This document shows positions 50,062 through 64,000 of a stretch of DNA of 64,000 nt, in pieces. Made by a program: the position numbers and the translations under genes. How positions within the stretch are numbered: the stretch's first letter is position 1; every line of letters starts with the position of its first letter. The notes under the pieces are model-generated. The model made no database searches. It was not told where the DNA came from and saw nothing but the letters and a program-made list of their open reading frames with translations. The DNA is taken from positions 37,448,001 through 37,512,000 of the forward strand of contig NC_043000.1 in the NCBI RefSeq assembly GCF_006345805.1, in the 5' to 3' direction. This DNA is from Octopus sinensis. Lineage: Eukaryota.

Positions 50062-52109
50062 ATGCATGAACAGATGATAAGCTTCCCCATAGCTTCTGTG
50101 TACCTATTTTTTACTTATGCATTGGTCAACCTCAACTTATGGTTGAAGACACTTGCTCAAAGTAGCATGTAGTAAATCCAGACAGCATGGCTGAGAAGCC
50201 AACTTTCTTACTTTCTATGTATAGTAGAGAAAAGCAGCAGATTACTTGTGGGTTGGAAGTGAACTGAGAGCAGACATTCATTGAAAGTTGCCCATGGACA
50301 TTCATTTCAGCATTAGAGTGTCTATAAAGAACTAGAGACTTTAAAATCAAGCTGGAATATATATAAAGATGATACAAACAAGGCTGCATTTATTTCGGAT
50401 ATCAACTCTGAATTGGCGTATGCTATAGGTTTATGACAAAAATCATAAGCTTTAGTCTTTCGACAATAGAGCAAAGTTTATATTGGTTAATGATGGTTAT
50501 ACTTATGAAATAATTTAAACATACATTCTTCACATCACCATTATCATTTTTATGTCCACATTTCCATGCTGGTATGTGTTAGAAGGGATTTTTTTTATGG
50601 CTGGATGCGCTTCTTGACACCAACTCTTTTAGTTATCTCTTACACTACCCAGGGATATGGTTTACCTATTCTAAAATCTGGAATTATATAGGGTATTAAA
50701 AAGATTTCTCTCTAAAATACGTAACTGTTTTATTTTGCATAGGTCTTCACTTTTGCAAAGAATCATCACTTTTGCTTAATCAAAAGTGCCTTGGAAGTTA
50801 GTCAATTGGCCACAAACAAAGGAGTGAAACAAGTTCTGCATTTGTACATCATTTCTCAATAATGAAATATGTTGTTGCTGCTTTTTATTTTTTTCAATGC
50901 AGCTAAATGAAACTTGTGCATTAATATATAGAGAAAAATAGAAGTCTGTGCTGAGAAATGATATCCTTGCTAATCCCCTTTGTTTTAATAAGTTTTATAT
51001 ATTAGATCTAGCCATTTTGCCTGCAGCCATTTTGGTAAAGACAAATTGCAATTTTATGAATACATTGTGGAAACTTATTAACTGTCCTCCACAAATGCGA
51101 GTGCATGTATTTGTATTGCACATAGATGTATTTATGTGTCTGTATTTGTTTATGAATGTTTTTGAATATGTGTCTATGCCTATGAGCCAATATTCAGCCA
51201 TTTGGGTAAAATTATTGTTACACTTGCATATATACAAATGTAGAGATATGAATGCATCTTATGTATGCCTGCAGATGTCTTTTCTAGGAAGATCTATTTC
51301 TGTATTTGAAGTTAGTTAGAATGATGCATTACTCACCCCATGCTCTCTCTCTCTCTTTCTTCCTCACTCTCTCTTTCTCATGTGTGTTCCATCTGTGTGT
51401 GTGTGTGTGTGTGTGTGTTTAAAAGAAGCTTTGCATATGGTTTAAAAAATATGTGTATTTATTTGTTGGATAGTCTGAGTATATAAATATGTTGAACTAC
51501 ACTACATTGGAAAGTTGTCATTACACAAAATTATGCACTGTAAGATTCATTATATTAAAGCTCTCCAGAAATACAACACAGTAGTAATAATATGTGGTAT
51601 GGTATTATATGTGTATGTGACTAACAGATGTTAAAAGGGGTATATGCATATAAGCCATATTGAAATAGAATATCACATAATTATGTAGTGACAGATATCA
51701 GATACACTATGCTTTTTTATAAGACAAGACCCCTATATATATTACAGATTATCCACAGGATTGAAGAATTTTGGAGTGTTCATGAATTATAAAAATTTTC
51801 ATACCCCATTACCAATTTGATCAACTATATCATTCTTTGAAAATATCACAACAAAAATTAACAAATGTATATGTATTAACTAATATTTTTGCCTTCAGTG
51901 AAGATTTGAACGAAAACATCTAAACTAAAAGCTTTGAGCTCTTACATACTTTGCCACATTCCAACTTTCACATAAAGGAATTCACACACACACACATGCA
52001 CAGATACACACACACACAGATACACAAATACATATATACATACACACATATATATGTGTGTGTGTGTATGTGTGTGTATGTATGTTTATATATACACACA
52101 CACACACAT

Positions 52110-52368
<259 letters not shown>

Positions 52369-53729
52369 TATGAGGAATTAAATTAAAATCATATACATAC
52401 ATCACCATGCACATTCACACACATATACTTCAATATGCCTCTGTGCATTAGTATATGTGTGCATTGTGTGTTTGTGTATATATGCATGAATGTACAGACA
52501 ATGAACATATACTGATACATTTATGCTTTCAGGTTCTGCTACATACACACATGCACACATACACACTCACAAATACATGAATAAATGTGCTTGCATTTGT
52601 TTGTGTGACTGTGTTTATATATGTGTATATATTTATTTAAATAATATATGTATATTTAATTACAAACACACATGCATATACAGCTCTGCATGTACACATA
52701 AACCTAATTCTGTTTTTACTCTAAATTTTAATACAAAATGGATGCACAGAGATAAATGAATTTCTTAAAAATCATTCCAATTTGTTATACATTATATTAT
52801 ATAATTCCTTCTTCATTGCAAAGCAACATTACCATTGTCTATGAAGCCTCAGCAGAGTTTCTGCCATGCTGGCACCAATCAAGACTCTTGTGGCTATTCC
52901 TCTCTTGTATTCTTTTTACTGCTCCGAGGAGGGAAGGGGCTTTACAGAAAACAAAGTGTAAGTAATGGGCTGAACCTTTCATGTTGAGCTGTATAGCTTC
53001 GTCAATGCCTACAGTACAGTCCATGGGTGTCTTCATGCTTGTTGTACATAGGCCTTATATTTATATATATATATATTCTTGGCAGTAGCAAACCTATGGA
53101 ATATAAATATGTTTTTGTCATGTTTGGGCTGACATTTGTTTTGTATATGTATACTTACACACACAGACAAACACTTGAAAACATACAGACATGTGTCCAT
53201 TTTACTAATGTTGAAAGATATGCTAATTGCACTCCACCCGTATAATTATGAATATTGACATCAATTTTAATGATTTACCTAAGTTTAATGACATTGATGA
53301 ATTTACAATGTAAAAGTATATTCATATATACACTCATATATATACACTAAACCACATATCATTAACTTTCATTATGCTTGCATGTTAAGTGAGATATATG
53401 TTTGCAGGCATGTGAGTCTGTATATATGCACATCTACTAACATATAAACTAGCTTATGCACTTTGCCTATCTAACTTCTTAGCAACATTTCACTCTATCT
53501 ATTTACACACTAACATACTTATCTCAAATTTATAATCATTTCCATATTTAATTATATTTGTAATGACTTTCCTGCTTGTCCATTTGCCTGCTTAGATATG
53601 TGCCAATCAGTTTGCCTTCTTAAGTATTATCCTATCCACTTGCTTATTATTCCAATGTAAAATGTAATGTATCCCATTCTTATATTCATATATGTGCAAA
53701 ACCACACAGATACATACACACACACATAC

Positions 53730-53769
<40 letters not shown>

Positions 53770-53880
53770 AGAGAGAGAAATATATAGATAGAGAGAGAGA
53801 GAGGGAGAGAGAGAGAGATACATATATCGAATGCCATATGACATAGATTCTTGATTTATTAAAATTATCTCTGCCTCTAG

Positions 53881-53913
53881 AAGGTGGATTATAACTACCA
53901 AACAGGAATTAAG
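53881..53913 (+). CDS. Shal: Candidate Shal downstream microexon (11 aa)
   Basis: ttatctctgcctctag|AAG...AAG|gtaagg, 33 nt, phase 0-0: KVDYNYQTGIK; strong splice signals, no homology recognised. Confidence 0.45.
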
Positions 53914-54785
53914 GTAAGGAGGGGAGACAATCTCAAGGATCAAAAATTCTCCAAATTTGACATACCAATAAAGAAAACGACAGGCTTATTGTCTGGAGAT
54001 AAGAGAACAATCATGGACATATATTTCTGAATTGATAGCTGTTAGCATGATAGTTATCCAACTATATTTCCAATATTCAAAGAACTTACAAGATAAGAAG
54101 GAGACAAAAAAAGAGTAGAAAACGTTTATAGCTAAGGTAATTTACTTGCTTAATTTTAAACCAAAATGAGCTTAGAGAAATTACAAAATTCATATAAACA
54201 CACACACACACTTGATACTTACCTATAAACACTTACATAGACACATATAAATTATACACACACACGCATGCAGACACACATACATATATACATATAACTA
54301 TAAGCATACATATCCTCATTTTCATTTTATATCTGCTTTCCACGCTGGCATGGTTTGGACAAATCATCTTATTTTGATTCATTTTTGCTATTGGAAGCCA
54401 CTCTTCTCATACAGTGGTGTATTTTTGGCTTTATTATACTGTTGAACACAACTTCTATTGCAAACCATTTTACAGAAAACACTGGGTGCATTTTCTCGTG
54501 CTACCAAAACTAGAGGGTCTTTGAACAGTCCTTTTATAAGACAAAAGCATAAACACATGTGCACACACACATGTTTGAAGAAAGATTTTTGTAAAAGTTA
54601 TTAAATGTTTTAAAAAATCTTAGAAAATCAGAATGGTTCAAAGGCCCGCAACATTTTAGTTCATTACCAAAAAGTGTTAACATTCTATTTCCTATGATTT
54701 TAAAAAAAAGTTATGACAAATTAGTCTTTCTTCCTGTATTGTGATTGTATCAAGTATTTTTTGCAAAATCTTTAAGCATACACAG

Positions 54786-54817
<32 letters not shown>

Positions 54818-55029
54818 GATGATATCTATCTATCTGTCTATATATATATATATATATATATATGTACATTTGATTGTGTGTATATATGGATGGATGTGTA
54901 AAACACATGCATACATTATTGTATTATTCACTATCATTTTCTATCGATGATAGAACAATATGGTAATATTACATGTATGGATGGCACCATTAACACTAGT
55001 ATTTATCTGATTTATTTTAGACTCACTTC

Positions 55030-55925
55030 CTAGTCATGTATCTAGAATCAGTTATGATAGAGCAGTATCATGCACACCACATCTGATGCCTCTTATACCC
55101 AACTTTTTTCTCAAGATGTTTACTCTCTGTCGCTGCATAACCAGCAAAGCATACTAGCTTCACTTCTTTCAAGCCTTTGCATGTCCTCAGCAGTCACAGC
55201 CCATGTTTCAGTCATGTAGCATGGCTGTTCACACACAGGCATCATACAATCTACCTTCCACTCTGAGGGAGAGGCCCTTAGTTACCAACAGCAGTAGGAG
55301 CTCTCTGAACTTTGCCCAGCCTCTTCTTATTCTAGCAGCTATGCTCTCAGAACATACATCTCCACTACTGACTTGGCCACCTAGATAACAGAAGCTATCA
55401 ACTACTTCTATCTGTTCCCACCTGGCATTTGATGGAGTCTATTTACTGTACATTTTTAGTATTTATTGTATCTGTGCGCCTTCCACACACAAAAACTATT
55501 TTCCCTCTTAACCTTCCTCTGATCTGTCCATAGCACCTTTTATGTGTCCATAGCTTACACTGTTTACTTCTTATGGAGCTTCTATGCCTTTTCTACAGAT
55601 TGAGCAGGTTCATATACCTGAAGGGGTTTGTGATTTGTCTGCTTTCCTACTTACTAAGACTTTGGTTTTTACAAGATTAAATCTATGGCCCTTTGATTCT
55701 AGACCTTGCTTCCACACCTGATATTTCTTCTCTAGTTCTGGTGGTGATTTGGCTATAAAAGCCAAGTTATCAGTGTAGAGGAGCTCCTGGGAGCACCCCA
55801 ACTTAAATTCCTCTGTTATTGCCTGGTGGATTATGATGAACATGAGAAGGCTGGAGACTGATCCTTGATGAAACCCTACTTGTACCCTGAATTCATCATT
55901 ACACCCATTGCTAATCTTCACTTGA
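55030..55925 (-). mobile_element. RTE-clade LINE RT fragment
   Basis: EFRVQVGFHQGSVSSLLMFII...ELLYTDNLAFIA...GLESKG. Confidence 0.9.
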
Positions 55926-57229
55926 TATATATAACAAATGATGGATAGGTATCAATTCATTACAACTGTTTCCAACAAATTTTTTAATTGATTAATGGGT
56001 GCATTATCTCATTATAAAAAAACGTTATCTTCAGACGAATACATGAACTACATTATTAAGAACATTTTAAAACATTTAAAATCCATGGTATGTGCATATT
56101 TTGTGATTTCATAATCTTTGTTGATCACAGAATGAGATTGCCAAATCAAAACAAATTAAATGGTGGTTTTATAGCAGAGGAGAGCACTGTGTCATATGTG
56201 GGTAGGGTGTATTTAAGATTTATAGTCTTGAAGGTGGTTAGTCAGCATGGTTAGTGGTGGTGGTGGTGGTGGTGGGAGGGGGAATGGACAGCTGGGTGTC
56301 TCCTCACCACAATGAAGAAAGAATGAATCTTATATATATATATATATATAATCTTAGGTTCTTGTAGTGTATAAGTATCCTCATTATTATTTGATTCATG
56401 GGCAATTGTCAGAGTTAGTTTTTATCCTTTCTGTTATTGTTGGTTAACATCATCTAGTGGTCAAATAAATTTTCACACTTCAAACGAAATTTGGTACCAG
56501 TGGCGTGGTTGTACTGACTGACTACTATCTAGATAAGACAATTTGCTATATATGGCCCTACCTAACTTATTAACGTTATCTTCTTCTTCTTCTTCTTCTA
56601 TATCCCCCATCCCACATGATCTCTATGTTACTCATCCGATTACCACACTTTTGTTTACTTTTTATTTCCCCCTGATATAAGCTCCCCCCCCCCCCAAAAA
56701 AAAAAAACAGTGTCAGAAGGCACACAATGTGACAGCACTCCTTTGATGAAAGTCTGAGGAAGTGCCATTCTAATGTTTAAAACTGCAAACATTACATAGA
56801 TTTTCTCTTTGAAATTTTGCATAAACTGGCATTGCAAGCAGAGTTGGTACAAAAACACTTGTAATGAATCATTAAAGATATGTTAAAGAATTTCTTTGTC
56901 TTATTATTTGGATTGTGTGTGTGTGTGTGCACGGTAGCATATACACAAACGTACACAGTTACATGACATATAATATATATTACGTTAAAATTCTTATAAG
57001 CCAATACAATGGGGATTGAAATAAAGGAGTAAAAACTATTGTAACAAAGACAGGACAACAGTTTACACTTTACTTATATGTCAGTATTTTGAGTGCGAAT
57101 ACGATTTTGCCTGAATAATATCTAGGATGGTGTTGAGTTGGTACTTTGTGATATATACACAGGCCTGGCTATGTGGTAAGAAGCTTGCTTCCCAACCACA
57201 TGGTTTCAGGTTCAGTCCCACAGCTACAA

Positions 57230-60000
57230 TTTCCATTTGATTTTCATTTTGATGTTGATGTACTTAACACAATAGGTCTCCTCAAGTACAGCAGGTTGCC
57301 CTACGATCCAAGGTATTTTTGAATGGGCTGGGGCTGGTTATGTGAAACTGGTGTAGGATAAAGCTGTGAACTCACTTTATTTGCTGGGTCTTCGCAGTCA
57401 CAGCATATCTCCAGAGGTCTTGGTCTTTTGTCATTGCCTCTGTGAGGCCCAACGTTCAAGGGTCATGCTTGACCACCTCATCCCATGTCTTCCTACATCT
57501 ACATCTACTCTGGATTCCTTCAACTGTTTGGGAGTGGCGCTTCTTCACACATCCCTCCTCATCCATCCATAGTACATGACCATACCAGTGCAAACGCCTC
57601 TCTTGCATGCCACATCCTTTGCTTCTTATGTCCAACTTTTCTCTCAGGGCGCTTACACTCTGTTGTGTGTGCACACTGACATTACACATCCAGCGGATCA
57701 TGCTAGCTTCATTTCTTTCAAGCCTTCGCATGTCCTCCACAGTCACTGCCCATGTTTCACTACCGTGAAGCATAGCAGGTTGCACATATGCTTCGCACAA
57801 TCTACCTTTCACTCTGAGCGAGAGGCTCTTTGTCACCAGTAGAGGTAGAAGCTTTCTAAAGTTTGCCCAGGCTATTCTTATTCTAGTGGTAACACACTCT
57901 GAGCATCCACCCCAACTATTAACTTGGTCACCTAGGTAGTGGAAGGTATCAACTACTTCTAGTTTCTTCCCCTGGAGTGTGATGGAATCTGTTTTCTGAG
58001 CATCTGTGGTGTTTATTGCTCCTGTGCATCTGCCACACACAGAAGCTATCTTCTTGGTTAATCTTTCTTTGATGTGTCCATAGCTTACACTAGGTACATC
58101 TTATGGAGTTTCTACCTACACCAGGTCTACACATCGAGCAGGGCCACCTACCTGAGTGGGTATGTGATGTGTTCGCCTTCTTACTTACTAGAACTTTGGT
58201 CTTTGCTACATTGATTCTAAGGCCTTTTGATTCTAAACATTGCTTCCACACCCGAAATGTCTTTTTCTAGTTCTGGTAGTGATTCTGCTACGAGGGCCAG
58301 GTCATCAGCATAGAGGAGCTCCCAGGGGCAACCCAGCTTGAATTCCTCTGTTATTGCCTGGAGGACTATGATAAATAAAAGGGGCTGAGGGCTGAACCTT
58401 GGTGGACCCCTACTTCTACCCAGAATTCTTCACTATACTAATTTCCAATCCTAACCTTACTAAGGGCCTCTCTGTATAGGGCCTGTACAGCCCGTATTAA
58501 CCATTTATCAATCCCCAGTTTCTGCATTGCCCACCAGATAAGGGATCAGGGGATCCTGTCAAAGGCTTTATCCAAGTCCACAAAAGCTAAATATAAGGGT
58601 TTATCTTTAGCTAGATATTTCTCCTGCAGTTGTCGAATCAGGAATATGGTATCAGTGGTGCTTCTACCCAGCACATAACCGAACTGCATTTCATCTAAGC
58701 AGACTCTCACCCTATAACCCTCTCCGGGACCTTCATCACCTGATCCAGCAGTTTGATACCCTGTAGTTATTTCTATCTGGAGCATCACCTTTACCCTTGT
58801 AGCAGTTGACTATGGTGCTGCTACGCCAGTCATTGGGTATGACTCCATCATGAATTACCTGGTTTACAATGCGGGTGACTAGGCCAGAGCCCACACCACC
58901 AGATATTTTAAGCATCCTAGCAGTGATTTCTGATGGGCCGGGGGCTTTTCCTGGCTTCATACCCTTAATTTGCTTTATCTACAAGGGAGCTGTCTATTTG
59001 GATAGCTGGTCCTTCTACTGGGTCAAGATTTAGCAGGATCTCCTTCCATTCATTGTCCATGTTCAGCCTTATCAAAATGCCTTATTCAAGCCATTTTCTT
59101 TTCCGAATGATTAAAAGCAAGTGCACCATCATCCATGCGGTCACATTTCTCTCCTGTGACATCACAATTTTCTCTCACACACTGTCTTGTAATCCAAAAT
59201 ACCTCAGTTCTTTGGTTCTCACGTTGCTGGACATTGGCAAACTTCTTTTCTGCTTTGCCCGTGGTTATGTATACCTGCCACCCAGCCTCCTTCTTTTTTG
59301 GATTGGTCTACTTCTTGGTATCCTTCTGGCTTCGAGCCTAAAGTCACTAATAACTAGCCTATGCTGAAGGGTCCATTCTCCATTCAGGAGGGTTTTTGTA
59401 TCTAAGAGCAACCCTGTATCCTGCTGTGTGGTGAGGATGAAATCAATCTGGCTAGCAGAGTCACCTGATTGATAGGTTATCAGGTGGCTGTCTGGTTTCC
59501 TGAAATTAGTGTTGTAGATTAAAAGGTTACATGCATCACAGAACTCCAGTAGCCTAGTTCCCTTGTCATTTCTGGAACCAATACCATGGCCCCCATGTAC
59601 ACCAGTGAAGATACCGGATTGCCACCCAATATGCCCATTAAAATCTGCAGCTGCAAAGATGAGGTCATTACCACTCGTCTTTGAGGTAGCCTGTAGAAGG
59701 GTTTCATAAAAATGGTCCTTCTCATCATTTGGTAGGCCTGCTTGTTGGGTGTAGGCAGAGATAATTGTAGCTGTGCTGTTCTGCAGGACCAGCCTAAGCC
59801 TAAGCACACTGTCACATACTCTGACAACCTCTATGACTTTATCTACCCATTTCTCCGCAAGGGGTATGCCTACACCCCCCATTCCATCTGTGTTACCTTG
59901 CCAGAAGATTTTGTATTTATGTGCCTTGCCTGTGAGGACCCTAGCTGAAGCTCCTCTCTATCTTACCTCATGTATGCATTACACATTGACATGTCTCCTG
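57230..60000 (-). mobile_element. Near-full-length decayed RTE-clade LINE (APE endonuclease + RT)
   Basis: 59265-59882 GGVGI...IISAYT...DFNGHIG...QIDFIL (APE); 58960-57456 GKAPGPS...QFGYV.GRSTTD...FVDLDKAFDRIP...YADD...TWDEVVKHD. Confidence 0.93.
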
Positions 60001-60221
60001 TGAGAGATAAATGCAATAGGCTGATAGATAACTGCAAATGAACTGATTCCCTTTCTGTAAACTGAAATGATAGGTTTTAATAAGTGTTTCAGAATATGGC
60101 CTCTGGCTAATAGCTTTTCTCCAGAGTTTAGTTAGGACAGATGCAATTTGGTGGTGTCAGTATTCCTTTAGGCCACAAGTAGGGAATCTGCTGTGGCCTA
60201 CAGCTAAATAATGTTTAATTT

Positions 60222-61462
60222 TACCAGCTTGAGTCAACTGTTTTCCATATTTCAAGCTTTAATTAATAGTTTAAACAAATTAAATATGAAAAATGTTTAT
60301 TCATCAAAATATATCCCATCATATTTTATTGTATGTTGCCATCATTGTACCTGAAGCTTAATTCTATGCTTATAACATTTGGCTGGTTTAAAGGCAAAAA
60401 AACTTCCGTGCGCTCATTTTCAACCTCACCTTCATTGTTGAACCTCCATTTGTGCTGTAAATGAATCATGGCTCAGAAAAGGCGTCAATTTGATGGTGCA
60501 AGTCTGAATTGTATGCAGGGTAAATCAGAACTTTCAGGCTCTCAAGTTTGCACTTGGTCACATTGATTGTATGTGCTGCAGTATTATGCTGTAGAGGTGT
60601 GTGTCTTTGATTGACCAATGCCAGGTAGAGAGTTTTCAAAGCATCAAATACTCACTGCACTTGTTGAGCATAAAAACTAGTGTTCACAGCATGAACCATC
60701 TGGGCCTAGCCCAAAGTGCAATACCTTGAAAATCCATCAACCACAACATGACCTTCTGTTCAAACTGCCTTTCTTTGACAATAGGTCCTGAAGCCTGGCC
60801 TGAATGAAATTATTGATTTGTCATATTAGGGTTACGGAAATAGATCCATTTTTCAATCCCAGTTACAATTTAATACCAAAAATGGGTATCTTAAGTATTT
60901 GCCAACAGTTGTTTGTAAAGGTTCACACATTGTTGTCCCAGTTTATTGGTTAATTCATACAGAGCTTCTCAACAGCATTTGTTCACATGGCTGAGCATAT
61001 GGAGTGTGCTTTGCTTTTGTTCAACGATTTCAGGCAAGATCTCATCTTCCACAACAGAAGACCTCCCTGACCTTGCTTTGTCTTCGAGGCTGGTGTCACC
61101 TTCTTTGAAACATCTGAGAAAGTTTTGTTCTTCACGTTTGTTGACAGTTTCTAGGCCTTCCATGTTATAAATTGTTTTCTCTTCTGCCATTGCACTCAGT
61201 CCTTTTCCCATCAGTAGCATAAAATGGCTCTAATTGCAAATTATTCTCCATTCATTATCAAAGCTGTAAAATAGAGAATAAACAATTAAAGCTTACCATG
61301 CTAGCATGGAGAACAAGTGTTCAATGATGATAATGATGATGATGTTATATATGAAAATAGAGAATAAACAATTGAGCAATGATTGGACAAGTTGCATTAA
61401 AGTAATTAAGTTGCCAAAAATCATCAGTGAAAACCAAAAACAAAACTTTTCTCTTCACCTGA
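60222..61462 (-). mobile_element. Decayed mariner transposon
   Basis: 60969-61220 RCFKEGDTSLEDKARSGRSS (HTH region); C-terminal YSPDLAPSD-like and KL..RW...DG.YF-like segments at ~60330-60530; degenerate TIRs with TA ends. Confidence 0.75.
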
Positions 61463-61511
61463 TATTTATTGATGCTATAATGTCAAGGATGCCAAATGTT
61501 ATACAATATAT

Positions 61512-62170
61512 ATTAGTGACAGAGGCAGTATTAATACCTAGAGGTAACATTTATCTCCACTTAAATGTGGATTTTCTGTTAGAATAAAATTTACTGCAGC
61601 AGTGGCTATAATAGAAACTCTCAAATTGGCTTTTCATACAAAATGTATGCTTGTTTATATTGCTAGCAGGGAGGTAACTCCCTGGGATCTCCCACCACCA
61701 AATCCACCAGATCACATGATTTCAACCTTCCTTGGTCTCATCAATAATGGATGTGTGACTCATTTTCCCACCAGCAATATGTAGAAAAACAGTGCCAGAA
61801 CAGTCACTGGTATCACTGGTGCCAGTAAGCTTGTTAAAAAATATACATTAGTGTCAGAGGCAGTATCAATACGGAGAGGTAATATTTATTGCCCTTATGT
61901 ATGGACATTCTGTTAGAATAAACTTTACTGTGGTAGATATCATGAAAGAAACTCCCATATTGGCTTTTCAAGAAAAATGCATGCTTGCTTATATTGCTAG
62001 CAGGGAGATAAATACCTGCCCTCTCCAGTACTAAGGCTACTAAATCACATGACTTCAACCTTCTTTGGTCTTGTTGATGATGGATGTTCAACTGTTAGAA
62101 ATAGCAGTGACTCATCTCCCCACCAGCAATACATAAAAAAAAAACAGAGTCAGGACAAGCATTGGTGCCA
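61512..62170. repeat. Diverged tandem duplication, period ~335 bp
   Basis: attagtgacagaggcagt...ttgctagcagggag...cccaccagcaat repeated from 61847 with many substitutions. Confidence 0.8.
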
Positions 62171-62439
62171 CAGTACATTTTGCACCAAAAGACAATATGA
62201 GAAACTGTTGTAATAGAACATCCACATTTAAGTAGGGGTGAGTATTACCTTTCAGCAAATGTTACATCAGAGATGCTATGCTGGTTGCTGTTTTCATTGA
62301 TACTGCCTAAGTCAACTTCAGTGGAATCATTAAACTAAGCAGTCGTGTTTCTGCAGTATCTCTTCTATTTCTTTTATGTCATTAAAGAAAAATGCTGTTA
62401 TCTTTCAGTAGATCAATGGGTGAAACAGTGATGTTACTT

Positions 62440-63060
62440 TTATTGGCAAATGATTAAAATACTTTTGGTTATTATTTTTATTTTAATGAACCAATCCTCC
62501 TTTGTGGTTATTTGAATGATGTAAATTTTCATAAAGGTTTGTAGATGACATTCTTGCTACTCAAGTGTTCATGTTGCTTTTGTGGGTTCTGTTGGTGGTA
62601 ATAATTTAGTTGATCAATATATTTGTTTTAACATTTGATTTTCCTGATGAGGCTTTTGTGTCCCTTTTTGGAACCTGTATCTGTTTGTGCTGATGAATGG
62701 GAACATGTGTTGCGGACTATGTACATAAACTTTTGACTAGTTGCTTTGATGACAAAGGAAGAGTGGATAATTGATCTGTTAGTAAGCTATAAGATCGAGT
62801 CTAATTGCTTCCCAATCTGTTCTATGCAGAATCATTTTAAATACGTGTGCAAGGCATCCAGTTGACATGAAGTTTTGCACACCTATTTGACAATATATGA
62901 ACCTGCACAAAGTTATTGGTTTAGTTCTGGTATATAAGAGACTAACATTGCAGAGTATCATGTCATAGTTAGAAAGGAAAGTTTTTTCCCATGAGATATT
63001 ATGGATAATACTAGAGTGTTTGGTTATTACTTGACAGAACTGTTATTATAGCACCATTAG
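62440..63060 (+). mobile_element. Very old Penelope-like RT remnant
   Basis: RFVDDILA at ~62536, then PFLE and TMYIN (LPFLD / TLYRK-like) in broken frames. Confidence 0.4.
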
Positions 63061-64000
63061 TTTGGGTGTATGAGTTGTTAATTTAGAGATTTCAAAAGGT
63101 CTTTCAGCAGTTAGCTTTTAATAAAATAGCATACTTGAGTAAAAAAAACAAAACAATACCATCTTTTGGTAGCATTTTAATATTGTGACTAGTGCATTGT
63201 TTGTTCAGCCTTGTAATCCAATCATAAACAGTCCAGCCTAGGGCAAAATTTTGAACAATCTGTCAACTTTTGATATATTAAACTTTAAAAAATTCAATTA
63301 CTGATTTAAGTTTCTTGTCAGTTCTGTATGTATTATTTGGTCATGTATTATAATGAAATGCTTTATTGTTCTTTTTATGTAAGTGATAAATCATTAAAAC
63401 AACATGATAACCTTAAAATAAAGTCATTAAATTATCCTATGTCATGACCTATGTGATATATTTTAAGTAGCAATAATAAAAGAAAATCTTTATAGGCAAA
63501 GCATAGCTGTATTTACTATATCTAACTTTATATAGTAAATATTTTTTGCTTTTAATTTGAAAATGGGAAGTGTTTATAATTTTTTACTTTTATCCTTTAT
63601 TTGTTGTACTTTGAAGTATATACTTCTTAATTTTTAAAATAGATAATTAATCAATCATTAAATACAAAATCTTGCATTAATCTTCATTTACCTTTTTAAA
63701 AAATCAATTTATTATAAGAGGTATTGATTTTTAAAAGAAATCTATAGAAATTTTATGACATTTTGTACAGAAGATTTTTGCAATAGTGGATAAAGAAATA
63801 TCTTAAAAAGTCAAAAGATTAAAAAAAGAAATTTAACGTCTTATGATTTGGAATGTAAAAAATTCAAATAGAATTAATCAAAATTGCAGCAGCCTTATTC
63901 ACAGATGGACTTATACAAAAGTTAAAAATAATTTATCAAAGAATAAAAGAATTTATAAAACTCAATAGCACCATTAATTTTTAATAATTTACTATTCAAG

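Noticed and set aside
56458-56517. Exon candidate WSNKFSHFKRNL(VPVAWLY*)
   Set aside because: Weak donor (TTG|gtacca), no other support
62643-62700. CTGATGA motifs as hammerheads
   Set aside because: No stem II closed by GAAA

Overview
AT-rich (microsatellite-dense) animal genomic DNA whose SINE/LINE complement looks cephalopod (Octopus-like; inferred from repeat families, not proven). The host gene is a + strand voltage-gated K+ channel of the Shal/Kv4 (KCND) family. Two unambiguous C-terminal coding exons are visible: 9459-9641 (KARLARIR...QHHHLLTCLEKTT) and 37258-37416 (DREFTEMD...RRFL). They are separated by a 27.6-kb phase-0 intron. The main discovery is that this intron contains several frame-preserving phase-0 candidate cassette exons. 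Two of them (11308-11424 and 24214-24333) are clearly paralogous (GLN..LP...E.VL.W..Y.Y..E...E.K). They sit at the same KTT junction where vertebrate Kv4.3 carries its alternative 19-aa insert, which suggests an expanded, possibly mutually exclusive, splice cassette for the Kv4 C-terminus. Further candidate exons lie downstream of 37416. The rest is decayed mobile DNA: RTE, CR1/L2-like, R4/Dong-like and Penelope retroelements, mariner and maT/DD37D-like DNA transposons, MITEs, Helentron-like non-autonomous elements and many tRNA-derived SINEs. Notable non-coding structures are a tRNA-headed SINE carrying a minimal type-I hammerhead ribozyme motif, TIR-bounded elements filled with TTAGGG repeats, several fold-back inverted repeats (potential ADAR substrates in the pre-mRNA), a CpG-retaining intronic domain (~26-36.5 kb) and two near-identical tandem duplications that could be assembly artefacts. 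All splice and activity claims are predictions from sequence only.
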